A stretch of DNA of 60,237 bases from a virus (Duplodnaviria > Caudoviricetes), in the IMG/VR virus record IMGVR_UViG_3300032048_000003, positions 1-60,237 of that record; one strand, written 5' to 3'. Under the pieces are notes generated by a model. The model saw nothing but the letters and a program-made list of their open reading frames with translations, made no database searches and had not been told where the DNA came from. A program made the translations under genes and the position numbers. This document shows, piece by piece, positions 17,940 to 27,211 of the stretch (position 1 is the first letter of the stretch; the number at the start of each line of letters is the position of its first letter).

Positions 17940-18012
17940 ATATTATTTAAGAATTAAAGAAAAAATTTATGGTAAAGAAAAACAAGATTTAGATCCATTT
18001 ATATATGATTGA
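17893..18012 (+). CDS. 39-aa peptide ending DPFIYD
   Basis: MPKISLRERVSLFILKYYLRIKEKIYGKEKQDLDPFIYD, read manually; fills the gap after the carbamoyltransferase. Confidence 0.5.
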   Translation: MPKISLRERVSLFILKYYLRIKEKIYGKEKQDLDPFIYD

Positions 18013-18502
18013 AAAAGTATTAATTGGTCCATCAGATCAATATCATCTTGATGGTATGGTAAAATGTCATGGAAAATTTTGCAGCATGTATGATGATAAA
18101 GATCTAGGATTTGATTATCAAGAACATTTGATTCGTAAATGTTTTAAAGAGAAAGGATCTGATATTTCTGTATATTTGGTATATCAAGATTTTCATAAAA
18201 GCATAGGATTTGATGAAGATAAAATTTATCCTAGAGATAAGGAACACGTTGAAGGTAAGAAGACATTATCTGAGATAGAAGGAAAACAAGGTAGTAAATT
18301 ATTCATGAGATCAAAAAATATAAAAGTTAAAAAAAGTCTTCATTGGAAGCCTTTTTTAGAATATTACTGTAACCATGAATATTGGAATATTGAATATAAT
18401 AAATTTTTAAAAACTTTACCATATTATAAAAAAGTGTTTACAGAATTTAACTATGGACATATAAAAGATTATGAAAGTTGGAATAATTGGTTGTTCTCAT
18501 AG
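18005..18502 (+). CDS. hypothetical protein
   Basis: ORF in operon. Confidence 0.5.
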   Translation: MIEKVLIGPSDQYHLDGMVKCHGKFCSMYDDKDLGFDYQEHLIRKCFKEKGSDISVYLVYQDFHKSIGFDEDKIYPRDKEHVEGKKTLSEIEGKQGSKLFMRSKNIKVKKSLHWKPFLEYYCNHEYWNIEYNKFLKTLPYYKKVFTEFNYGHIKDYESWNNWLFS

Positions 18503-19373
18503 TGCCGGAGTAAGTGAACAGGGCATGCTTCATAAAGCAGGTGGTTTTAATGCTTGGAAAGGATGGCCAATTCAATTAGCAAAGAAATTTCCTCAACATG
18601 AATTTCATTTATTTGCTTCTCCGGGAGGTGGACAAAATAATATGGAAGCTGCTTTGAGGTCTTGTCTTATTGAAGATTATGGAATGGTAATTCTTCAATT
18701 TACAACTCAACGTCAAATGTGGCCTTTGACAATAGAAAGAAAATCAAAGAAGAAAGATGGTACAATAGATTCATGGTATCAATCCGGACGTAAAGATAAT
18801 TTCTTTTTACATCAACAAAGAATGAAATCTCTTTCTGTAAAGAATTACGTCCTGGAACGAAAATGTGTTATGGTTGGTCCGCATTGGGATAGACGTATGG
18901 GATTAAATCTTGACGGCACAAAAGTAAATGCATATGAGCTACCTCAAGTTATATTAGATGCTCTTTTAGATAATCAGTATTTTAATGAGATGGCAGAAAC
19001 ATTTTATAATTGTCGAAAAATATATAAAAAATTATTTAAACATTTTTTCTCTCTATTATGGGTACCCACTCATAAGTACGGTCCAACTAATAGTGATCAA
19101 GCTTTAATTGAGGTGAAAGGAAAGGTTCCAATTTTTGTAGAAGAATTTTTAACTGGAAAAAAAATAAAGAATTATGTTGATTGGGAAAAAACAGTATATG
19201 AATGGCTGATTGAGAATTGGACTGAAACAAAAAATTTATCTAAAGAAGATGCAACACGAATGATTTTTAATGAATATAAAAAACATAAGGGACATCTGGG
19301 AGAGAAATCACAATATAATGTGTTAGAAAATTATATTTTAAAAAATCCAGAATTAAAAGAGGCATTAGGATAA
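18471..19373 (+). CDS. SGNH-like protein
   Basis: IGCSHS, ASPGGG, C-terminal GHLG. Confidence 0.5.
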   Translation: MKVGIIGCSHSAGVSEQGMLHKAGGFNAWKGWPIQLAKKFPQHEFHLFASPGGGQNNMEAALRSCLIEDYGMVILQFTTQRQMWPLTIERKSKKKDGTIDSWYQSGRKDNFFLHQQRMKSLSVKNYVLERKCVMVGPHWDRRMGLNLDGTKVNAYELPQVILDALLDNQYFNEMAETFYNCRKIYKKLFKHFFSLLWVPTHKYGPTNSDQALIEVKGKVPIFVEEFLTGKKIKNYVDWEKTVYEWLIENWTETKNLSKEDATRMIFNEYKKHKGHLGEKSQYNVLENYILKNPELKEALG

Positions 19374-19396
19374 ATAATCTTTTCAACTCTGAAGAA

Positions 19397-19475
19397 TGGC
19401 TGCGGAGGGTGGAGTCGAACCACCAGTTTTATTCGTCCAACAAACGATTGCGTTTACCGATTTCGCCACTCCGCA
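19397..19475 (-). tRNA. atypical tRNA-Asn (GTT)
   Basis: Reverse complement TGCGGAG-TG-GCGAAATCGGTAAACGC-A-ATCGT-TTGTTGG-ACGAA-TAAAACT-GGTGG-TTCGACT-CCACC-CTCCGCA-G-CCA; U1-A72, G73. Confidence 0.78.
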
Positions 19476-19620
19476 ATTTTTCTAATTCTATTGCTTGTCT
19501 TTGCAATTGATCTAATACTTCATGAACACCAGCACCATTTTTATAAATTGGAATTGCTTTATTACTTTTTACTGAAAATAATTTTCCATCTTTATAAACT
19601 GGAATTATTTCTTCAGTCAT
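19429..19620 (-). CDS. small hypothetical protein running into the tRNA
   Basis: Overlaps the stop of the aaRS-like gene; internal IPVYK/IPIYK repeat. Confidence 0.45.
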   Translation of the reverse strand: MTEEIIPVYKDGKLFSVKSNKAIPIYKNGAGVHEVLDQLQRQAIELEKLRSGEIGKRNRLLDE

Positions 19621-20545
19621 TTTCTAATTTCACCCCATATTTCCGCCGGCCATTATCATCTGCATCTGGATTCAAATTACTATATATCTTCAAGGCACTT
19701 ATAAGTCTGGTAAGGCCTATTCCTCCACCATATCTTGGAAAAAATTTATGACTTAAAAATTCTTTCAATTCTTTTTCTACCCGTTCTTTACCGAATAATT
19801 TAAATAATAATCCAGCATATTCTCCATCGGAAATTGTATGAAACTGGTCTTCCATCTCTTTCGGATCAGCAGACCTTTCAGCGGAACCAATAGTTTCCAT
19901 GCCTCCCATAATTACATCGCATTTGTTAGCAAGTTCTTTTTCTTTTTTCATATTCCAAAAGGGAGAAGTATGGTAAGGAAATTTAGTTATAAATCCAACT
20001 CCGGTAGGATGAGAATCAGATATCATTTGTTCGTGCTCGTGATCTAATTCTTCGCAATTAAATTCTTGACACCACATTTTGTAAGTTTTTTCAGGAAATG
20101 GTCCATTGGTTATGAAATTTCCAAACCCAAATTGTCTGGCAACGAAGTCAGGAACTGTGAAACCTAAGTGCTTAACTAAATCTCTTTCCATATTAAGCAA
20201 GTCCTCAAAGTCACCTGGCGCTTCAAATTCAAACATGGGAAATATAACTTCATGTCTACCTTCAACAGGATTCTGTTCTTGTCTATAAGATGTTGAAACA
20301 CAGAATACACCTTTTAAATCTGGATTATTTAATAGCTCGTATTCCAACCACATTTGGCCGGTTTGAGGTAAAGGCCATATGATATCATTATAATTATATG
20401 TTGCGACAGTTGTAGGATCTTCGCATGCGGCTAATATGGATAATCTGTTTTGGGTATGGACTTCGAGGAAATTTTTATCTAAAAAAAATTGTCTAAGGGA
20501 GGTTGTCACTTTGGTAAAATCATGAGGCGAGATGTTCGTCGTCAT
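19613..20545 (-). CDS. class II aaRS catalytic-domain-only protein (AsnRS/AspRS-like; possibly asparagine synthetase A-type)
   Basis: Motif 1 LRQFF..KNFLEV, motif 2 SYRQE..GRH..FPMFEFE, ETIGSAER, motif 3 GGGIGLTRL; no N-terminal anticodon-binding domain. Confidence 0.85.
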   Translation of the reverse strand: MTTNISPHDFTKVTTSLRQFFLDKNFLEVHTQNRLSILAACEDPTTVATYNYNDIIWPLPQTGQMWLEYELLNNPDLKGVFCVSTSYRQEQNPVEGRHEVIFPMFEFEAPGDFEDLLNMERDLVKHLGFTVPDFVARQFGFGNFITNGPFPEKTYKMWCQEFNCEELDHEHEQMISDSHPTGVGFITKFPYHTSPFWNMKKEKELANKCDVIMGGMETIGSAERSADPKEMEDQFHTISDGEYAGLLFKLFGKERVEKELKEFLSHKFFPRYGGGIGLTRLISALKIYSNLNPDADDNGRRKYGVKLEND

Positions 20546-20581
20546 TTTTTCTTTCTATTAAATATTCTATTCAAATTAATA

Positions 20582-20616
20582 TATTTAGGAAAATAAAATC
20601 TTAATAAATATTTATG
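20582..20616. promoter_or_regulatory. divergent late-promoter-like sites
   Basis: AATAAATA on + (20603); CATAAATA and CTAAATA on - (20609-20616, 20582-20588). Confidence 0.45.
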
Positions 20617-20617
20617 T

Positions 20618-21112
20618 ATGAAAAAGAAACATAGACAACTCTACGATTCGTGGAAATATAAATCAAGAAATTTTATGGAATTTAATAATCCCGTTTTTCA
20701 GGCCCTATTAGGTCTTGTCATATTCTATATCGGACTCAAGATGTTCTCAGGTGGAATGAAATCAATGAGTCATTTAGAACAACTTGAATGGTTTTTAGGA
20801 AATCCTTATTGGATGTTTCTTGGAGCAATTGTATGCACTCTTCTTTGGCAATCTTCATCTCTTACCACAACCGCTGTTATAGGACTTGTTGCATCTGGCG
20901 CATTACCACTTCCGTCTGCGATTGCGGCAATACTTGGAGCAAACGTAGGAACAACAGGAACAATATGGATTGCAGGAATATTAGTGAGCGATGGACTACC
21001 TACCGGAATTACTAAACAAGTGGCTCTTGTACATACAGGAGTGAATACAGTTATGGCGATTGCCTTACTTCCATTTATACAACCTATATCACGATTTATA
21101 TCAAAGTTTTAG
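20618..21112 (+). CDS. Na+/phosphate cotransporter-like protein (single repeat)
   Basis: QSSS and ILGANVGTT motifs of the NptA/SLC34 family. Confidence 0.85.
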   Translation: MKKKHRQLYDSWKYKSRNFMEFNNPVFQALLGLVIFYIGLKMFSGGMKSMSHLEQLEWFLGNPYWMFLGAIVCTLLWQSSSLTTTAVIGLVASGALPLPSAIAAILGANVGTTGTIWIAGILVSDGLPTGITKQVALVHTGVNTVMAIALLPFIQPISRFISKF

Positions 21113-21174
21113 ATGGTCTGGGGGCGCCAAGCAGGGTTCTTGCGCCCTGGACCTTCGGGCCATCTATCTACCTT

Positions 21175-21257
21175 ATTGAAATCATTGATAATCTTTTATC
21201 ATCAATGATATCAACGCGTTTGATGTATCCCTATGGAATCATTGATGATCATTTCTG
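21175..21257. repeat. second copy of the 57-bp-period repeat array
   Basis: ATTGAAATCATTGATAATCTTTTATCA at 21175 and a variant at 21232. Confidence 0.85.
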
Positions 21258-21286
21258 TTGACATTTTGGGTAAATTATAGTATAAT
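21258..21286 (+). promoter_or_regulatory. sigma70-type early promoter
   Basis: TTGACA-17 bp-TATAAT followed by ATAAGTAGAGAATAAAA. Confidence 0.85.
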
Positions 21287-21324
21287 ATAAGTAGAGAATA
21301 AAACAATATCGAGAGACGAGAGAG

Positions 21325-23847
21325 ATGAACGAATTACGAGAACAAAAATCAATCCTAGCTAAGTTAATGGCAACCGAGAATATAACGGTTCGTCATGCTA
21401 AAGTCCCCACCGCAGGATTTGATCCAAGATCACGAACACTACTTTTACCAATCCTCAAGGAGATGGAAGGCGAAGTCTATGACTTGTTTGTCTGCCATGA
21501 GGTCGGACATGCATTACATACACCAGCAGAAGGTTGGCATAAAGCGCTTTGCGAAGAAGGACCTAATTATAAGGGATTTTTAAATATTGTCGAAGATGCG
21601 CGAATTGAGAAACTCGTTAAGCGCAAATATCATGGTGCAGCCAAAGCGATGCACAAAGGATATAAGAAGCTGATACATGAGCGCGATTTCTTCGGGATTC
21701 AAAAAAATGGAATTGATATCAATAAAGGTTCACTGATTGATAAACTCAACGTTCATTTTAAAGGTGGTCCGCTCGAAGCTGTTCGGTTTACTGACGAAGA
21801 AATGTATTATGTTCGTGAGATGGAAAATCTTGAGACATGGGATGATGTAGAACAATTGACTGGAGAGCTTTTTGAATATTGTAAAGGTGAAGAACAACAA
21901 CTTCAGGATTTTGATCAAATGTCAATAGATTTAGAAGAGGATGATGAGTTCGACGAAGATGAAGATGAAAATGAATGTATGGGCGAAAATTATCAAGAGT
22001 TCGCACCAGAAACTCCATCGGAAGAAAATCCAGAAAGTGAAGATCAAGCAACAAAAGAAGATTGTGAACAGCCGGTTGATACATGCGACGAATCAACCAG
22101 TAAAGAAGATGGCGAAAAAGAAGAAACACAACTTGAGCAAAATGCGGATGCAGAGAATCAAGGCTCTCCCGAAAAGAAGGAAGAAAAGAAGGATTCGACC
22201 GGCAAGGATGCAGGCACTGGTGGACATGATTCATGGTATGAAGAAGATCCATGGACATGGGAACCTAAGGCATTCACCGATGAAGAGCATAGATCCCATG
22301 AAGACGAATTAGTCCATGAAGATGCAATCGAGATTCGATATTATAATTCTCCGAAGATGTATATCAAAAATAATGATCTAATTGTTGATTATAAAACATT
22401 AATAAAACAATATCGCACAATCACTTCAGATCTTGACGGAAGAAGAAAAGAGGTGCCAGCACATATTTGCATTGAATATGCAAAAGAATATCTAAAACGA
22501 ATCGATAAGGACAATAAACCAGTTGTCAATTATCTCGCAAAGGAATTCGAGATGAAGAAGCGCGCGACTGAATATAAAAGATCTCAGACCTCTAATTCAG
22601 GAATTATATCATTGACAGATATCCATAAGTACAAATATTCAGATAACATTTTTAAGAAAGTTACAATTATTCCAGAAGGCAAGAATCACGGATTGTACAT
22701 GTTGGTTGATTGGTCAGGATCGATGCACGATAAGATCTTACCAACATTTATTCAGTTATTGCAGCTTATGGATTTTTGTAGGAAATGTGATATCAAACAT
22801 GAAGTGTATGCTTTCGTTGATTATAGTTGGGATGAAGAAGGAAAAGATATCACTGGTGAAAAAAAGGAGAGAATATTAATTGAACCAGAAATAGGATCGA
22901 TCACAACTGGAGATCGTTGCTTGACATTGATGCAAATGTTTTCGGATAAAATGTCTGCGAAAGATTTTCGAGAAATGAGAGAATTTATGGTCTTGACTTT
23001 GGTTAGATGTGATAAAGATTTTCATGATGCTCCTTGGACGATGCAAAGAAAGGCGAATGCCATAGCACGAGCGGAACATTTTGGAAGAAAGCCTCGTGAA
23101 GTTAAAGAGACTATGCAATTTGAAATTTGGCGCGATTGGGCTAGAGAAAAGCATGAACTGGGAACTTGGGAATGGCAAGCAATGACACACAAGTGGGATT
23201 TTCCAATGTCTAGACTTTGCGGGACCCCGTTAAATGATGCAATAATGTTAAGTATTCCAAATTGTATCAAATTCAGAAAGGATAATAAGTTGGATATTGT
23301 TAATACGATTATTTTAACAGATGGAGAATCAAATTCTTCTAATAAATATTTCAAGGAATATTTTGATGAAGAAGGAGAATCATATAAAATTGATACAGCA
23401 GAAATAGAACATAAAGATGTTCGTAACAAGTTAGTTGATCGTGACTCGAAAAAAGTATTCAACTGGTCACGCAAGGATCGTAGACAAGAAACTAAGAATT
23501 TTCTTGAATATTATAAATGGAAAACATCATCGAATGTTTGTGGATTCTTTCTTTGCACTAGTTCTGAAACAGCAGGAAGAGTAGGAAGCGGTTCTTATTA
23601 TTCTCCGGAATTTAGAGAGAAAAGAAAAGAATATAATAGGAACGGATTTATTATTAATACTGATCTTGGCTATACAGAATTGTATGTGATCAAGGCGAAC
23701 ACGAAAGTCGATACTGAAGATGAGATCGATCTGGATACCGATAAAAAATTATCCACCGCGCAAATAACACGAGCATTCAAAAAGTTTCAAAAAGGAAAAC
23801 TTGAGAAGCGCATTCTTCTTAATCACTTCGCTGAATTGGTTGCTTAA
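21325..23847 (+). CDS. CobT-like metallopeptidase/VWA protein
   Basis: HEVGH, NIVEDARIE, acidic linker, MIDAS DWSGS and LTDGE. Confidence 0.85.
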   Translation: MNELREQKSILAKLMATENITVRHAKVPTAGFDPRSRTLLLPILKEMEGEVYDLFVCHEVGHALHTPAEGWHKALCEEGPNYKGFLNIVEDARIEKLVKRKYHGAAKAMHKGYKKLIHERDFFGIQKNGIDINKGSLIDKLNVHFKGGPLEAVRFTDEEMYYVREMENLETWDDVEQLTGELFEYCKGEEQQLQDFDQMSIDLEEDDEFDEDEDENECMGENYQEFAPETPSEENPESEDQATKEDCEQPVDTCDESTSKEDGEKEETQLEQNADAENQGSPEKKEEKKDSTGKDAGTGGHDSWYEEDPWTWEPKAFTDEEHRSHEDELVHEDAIEIRYYNSPKMYIKNNDLIVDYKTLIKQYRTITSDLDGRRKEVPAHICIEYAKEYLKRIDKDNKPVVNYLAKEFEMKKRATEYKRSQTSNSGIISLTDIHKYKYSDNIFKKVTIIPEGKNHGLYMLVDWSGSMHDKILPTFIQLLQLMDFCRKCDIKHEVYAFVDYSWDEEGKDITGEKKERILIEPEIGSITTGDRCLTLMQMFSDKMSAKDFREMREFMVLTLVRCDKDFHDAPWTMQRKANAIARAEHFGRKPREVKETMQFEIWRDWAREKHELGTWEWQAMTHKWDFPMSRLCGTPLNDAIMLSIPNCIKFRKDNKLDIVNTIILTDGESNSSNKYFKEYFDEEGESYKIDTAEIEHKDVRNKLVDRDSKKVFNWSRKDRRQETKNFLEYYKWKTSSNVCGFFLCTSSETAGRVGSGSYYSPEFREKRKEYNRNGFIINTDLGYTELYVIKANTKVDTEDEIDLDTDKKLSTAQITRAFKKFQKGKLEKRILLNHFAELVA

Positions 23848-23917
23848 TGCAAGTTTGTTTCACAACAATTTCAACAGGTTATGAGAAACTCATTGAAATC
23901 ATTGATAAACAAAAGGG

Positions 23918-23946
23918 TTGACATTTTTGCCAAAATAGCGTATAAT
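23918..23946 (+). promoter_or_regulatory. sigma70-type early promoter with upstream ATTGAAATCATTGATA box
   Basis: TTGACA-17 bp-TATAAT; same downstream ATAAGTAGAGAATAAAA as 21258. Confidence 0.85.
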
Positions 23947-23990
23947 ATAAGTAGAGAATAAAATAATAACATAACGAGAGAGAGTATATT

Positions 23991-25154
23991 ATGAGACACC
24001 GAGACCAATTAGTAGAAGCCTGGAAGCAAGCACATGGAGATTCAAAAGTGCTTGACAGATCCGCGGTAAATAGAGTAGCCGAGGAAGCAGGGCTTAAAGA
24101 ACCGAATCAGAATTTTCTGAGTAAACTTAGAGTTGGCCGAAATCAATTTTCGATTGCCAATTATGGACAAGCATTACAAATTATGCCACAAGCGAAGTGG
24201 GGCGATCGTTATCGTAAACCAAAAGTCGTTGAAGATGCCCGCGTAGTTCAACACGAGACCGCAATTAAAAAGGTTGACGAAGCAGTTTCATTCGTTCCTT
24301 CTCCTGATCCTAATTATATCAAGGCAGGTTATTTTGCTGAGATTGTTAAGATCATGCAGGCAGGAATGTTTATTCCTACGTTCGTTACAGGTCTTTCCGG
24401 AATGGGTAAAACCAAAGAAGTCTTCGAAGCCGCAGCGAAATCAAAACGCGAATTGATTCGTGTTAATATTACAATTGAAACCGATGAAGATGATTTGCTC
24501 GGTCACTATACCCTTAAAGATGGAGAAACTGTTTGGGAAGACGGACCAGTGATTGTCGCAATGGAAAGAGGCGCGATTCTTCTTCTTGATGAAATTGACC
24601 TTGCGTCAAATAAGATTATGTGTTTGCAGCCAGTACTTGAAGGCGGCGCCATTTTTTTGAAGAAGATTAATCGACTTGTTAATCCAGCACCGGGATTTAA
24701 CATTATCGCAACCGCGAATACTAAAGGTAAGGGATCTGATGATGGCCGGTTCATTGGAACCAATATTCTTAATGAAGCGTTTCTTGATCGTTTCCCAATT
24801 ACATTTGAACAGAATTATCCAAATGCATCAACAGAGAAAAAAATTGTTGCTAAAATCCTTTCAAATTATGAAGTCAAAGATGATGAGTTTGTTGACCATT
24901 TGGTTCAATGGACTGATGTAATTCGTCGAACATTTGACGATGGAGGAATTGATGAAATTATTTCAACTCGTCGTTTAGTAAATATCGTTAACGCTTATAT
25001 GGTTTTCAGAAGCAAGGAAAAAGCGATCGAATATTCGATCAACCGTTTCGATGAAGATACAAAAAATGGATTTATGGACCTCTGGAGTAAAGTAGATCCT
25101 TCTGCCGTGCCTGAAGAAGAAAATCAGGACTTGGAAGACCAAGCATTAGAATAA
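23991..25154 (+). CDS. cobS: CobS-like MoxR AAA+ ATPase
   Basis: GLSGMGKT Walker A, LLLDEID Walker B, ATANTKG, NEAFLDRF. Confidence 0.9.
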   Translation: MRHRDQLVEAWKQAHGDSKVLDRSAVNRVAEEAGLKEPNQNFLSKLRVGRNQFSIANYGQALQIMPQAKWGDRYRKPKVVEDARVVQHETAIKKVDEAVSFVPSPDPNYIKAGYFAEIVKIMQAGMFIPTFVTGLSGMGKTKEVFEAAAKSKRELIRVNITIETDEDDLLGHYTLKDGETVWEDGPVIVAMERGAILLLDEIDLASNKIMCLQPVLEGGAIFLKKINRLVNPAPGFNIIATANTKGKGSDDGRFIGTNILNEAFLDRFPITFEQNYPNASTEKKIVAKILSNYEVKDDEFVDHLVQWTDVIRRTFDDGGIDEIISTRRLVNIVNAYMVFRSKEKAIEYSINRFDEDTKNGFMDLWSKVDPSAVPEEENQDLEDQALE

Positions 25155-25163
25155 AAATAATCC

Positions 25164-25199
25164 TTGACATTTATAACGTTATCATTTATAATATAAATA
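25164..25199 (+). promoter_or_regulatory. early promoter overlapping a late promoter
   Basis: TTGACA-17 bp-TATAAT; TATAAATA at 25192. Confidence 0.7.
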
Positions 25200-25243
25200 A
25201 ATGATAACGTAAATAATTTTAATTTTAAAAATAAGAAAGTAAG

Positions 25244-25438
25244 ATGGCAACAGGTACAGTAAAATGGTTTAACCCTAGTAAGGGTTTTGGTTTCATCAAT
25301 CAAGATGATGAAAGTAAAGATGTTTTCGTTCATTCAAATGAACTCAATGGTGTTTATATTAATGAAAACGATAAAGTAGAATTTGATATAGTTAATGCGG
25401 AAAAAGGCCTCTCAGCTAAAAATATTAGGCTGCTCTAA
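25244..25438 (+). CDS. cold-shock protein
   Basis: GTVKWFN..KGFGFI, DVFVH. Confidence 0.95.
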   Translation: MATGTVKWFNPSKGFGFINQDDESKDVFVHSNELNGVYINENDKVEFDIVNAEKGLSAKNIRLL

Positions 25439-25515
25439 TCATCCCCCTATATATTAGTAATTTAAGATAGAGTTTTATTAAGTATTTTTCTGTTTTATCA
25501 TTATGAAAGGAGTGA

Positions 25516-26514
25516 ATGCAGATTGAAGTACCTATAGCAGATTTAAGAAAGAAACGTATATTTGTTGCTACACCAATGTATGGTGGTATGTGTAGTGGAA
25601 TGTATACGAAAGCTTGTTGTGACTTAGCAACGACTGCTACCAAATATCAAATAGATTTAAAGTTCTTTTATCTTTTTAACGAATCCCTAATTACAAGAGC
25701 ACGAAATTATTGCACAGATGAGTTCTTGAGATCTGAATATACACATCTCATGTTCATTGATGCAGATATTTGTTTCGATCCGAATTATGTTTTAACATTA
25801 GCAGCATTATGTGATGACGAACATCCAATTATTGGCGGAATATATCCTAAGAAATGTATTGCTTGGGAGAAGGTTCGTAATGCAGTAGATAAAGGATTAG
25901 GTGATGATGACCCAATGATGTTAGAGAGGTACACTGGGGATTTTGTTTTTAATCCAGTAGGAGGAGAACAAACAATTTCTTTATCAGAACCCGTAGAAGC
26001 TTTGGAAATTGGAACTGGATTTATGATGATGCAACGTGATGTATTAGAAAAATTCACAAAAGAATATCCTAAATTTCGATATAAACCCGATCATAATCGC
26101 TCAGAACATTTCGATGGTTCCAGATATATCCATGCATTTTTTGATACAATTATTGATAATGATCAATGGATGGGTGAAGGTAAATCGGAAGGATCCGATC
26201 GTTATCTGTCTGAAGATTATATGTTTTGTCAATTAGCACAAAAGATTGGCATTAAAACTTGGTTATGTCCATGGATGAAATTGTCACATGTTGGAACATA
26301 TGTATTCTCTGGTAATTTGCCAGATATGGGTAATTTAGAATATGCAGCCCATGGATACGATACTGAGAATAGACCTTTCTTAGAAGACAGAAAAAAGAAG
26401 TTATCTTCTCAAGGTAAGAATAGAAAGGAACGCAGAAAGCTCGCTGCCAGTAAACGTAAAGAGCAGAAGAAGTCAGGGAAACCTGATTATACTAAAAGCC
26501 CTAACCATTTATAA
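25516..26514 (+). CDS. glycosyltransferase-like T4-like phage protein
   Basis: VATPMYGG, ESLITRARN, FIDAD, GTGFM, LSEDY. Confidence 0.75.
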   Translation: MQIEVPIADLRKKRIFVATPMYGGMCSGMYTKACCDLATTATKYQIDLKFFYLFNESLITRARNYCTDEFLRSEYTHLMFIDADICFDPNYVLTLAALCDDEHPIIGGIYPKKCIAWEKVRNAVDKGLGDDDPMMLERYTGDFVFNPVGGEQTISLSEPVEALEIGTGFMMMQRDVLEKFTKEYPKFRYKPDHNRSEHFDGSRYIHAFFDTIIDNDQWMGEGKSEGSDRYLSEDYMFCQLAQKIGIKTWLCPWMKLSHVGTYVFSGNLPDMGNLEYAAHGYDTENRPFLEDRKKKLSSQGKNRKERRKLAASKRKEQKKSGKPDYTKSPNHL

Positions 26515-26519
26515 AAAAT

Positions 26520-27206
26520 ATGATTATACATAATGAGACTGTTGAGACATTAAAGAACTTTGCCGAAATTAATCAAAGTTTGGTTATTGAAGCCGGCGAT
26601 GTTATTAAGACAGTTAGTGAACAGACAAATGTGTTGGCGAAAGCGAAACTTAGTCAGAGCTTCGCACAGGATTTTGCGATCTATGATCTCAATAAATTCT
26701 TGGGTGTTCTTTCTTTGTTTACAGAACCACAATTTGAATTTAGTGAAAAATCTGTAAAGATTCAATCAAGCGTTGATGCAAATAATTACACAGCTGGTGA
26801 TTCAGTTGCTGAATATCAATTTGCAAATATGTCTTTGTTTGAAAACGAAAAAAAGATTCTTGCAAAAGATATTGAGTTACCTTCCGAGGATGCTTCATTC
26901 ACGCTTGAAGAGAAGTATTTTATTGCTATTACGAGAGCAGCATCAGTTATGAGTCTCCCCGAGATTGCTGTTATAGCGAGTGATGGTAAACTCAAAATGC
27001 AAGCAATCGATTCCAAAACATCCGTCGATAGCTTCGCAGTTGATTTAGGAACCTCTAATTCTAACTTTAAAATGATTTTTAAGATAGAGAATCTTAAACT
27101 TATGAGAGGCACTTATGATGTGAAAATATCAAATAAAGGTCTTGGGCATTTTAAAAATACAAATAAAGAATTAGAGTATTGGATTGCAACTGAACAAACA
27201 ACATAA
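26520..27206 (+). CDS. gp45: sliding clamp gp45
   Basis: LKNFAEINQS, IYDLNKFL, YWIATE; synteny. Confidence 0.93.
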   Translation: MIIHNETVETLKNFAEINQSLVIEAGDVIKTVSEQTNVLAKAKLSQSFAQDFAIYDLNKFLGVLSLFTEPQFEFSEKSVKIQSSVDANNYTAGDSVAEYQFANMSLFENEKKILAKDIELPSEDASFTLEEKYFIAITRAASVMSLPEIAVIASDGKLKMQAIDSKTSVDSFAVDLGTSNSNFKMIFKIENLKLMRGTYDVKISNKGLGHFKNTNKELEYWIATEQTT

Positions 27207-27211
27207 GGATT

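Noticed and set aside
21788-23474. Minus-strand and alternate-frame ORFs inside large genes (here and throughout the window)
   Set aside because: Shadow ORFs of well-supported + strand genes, with no motifs or RBS
21325-25154. Functional cobaltochelatase for B12 synthesis
   Set aside because: No CobN or other cob genes in the window; phage CobS/CobT-like pairs are generic MoxR/VWA systems
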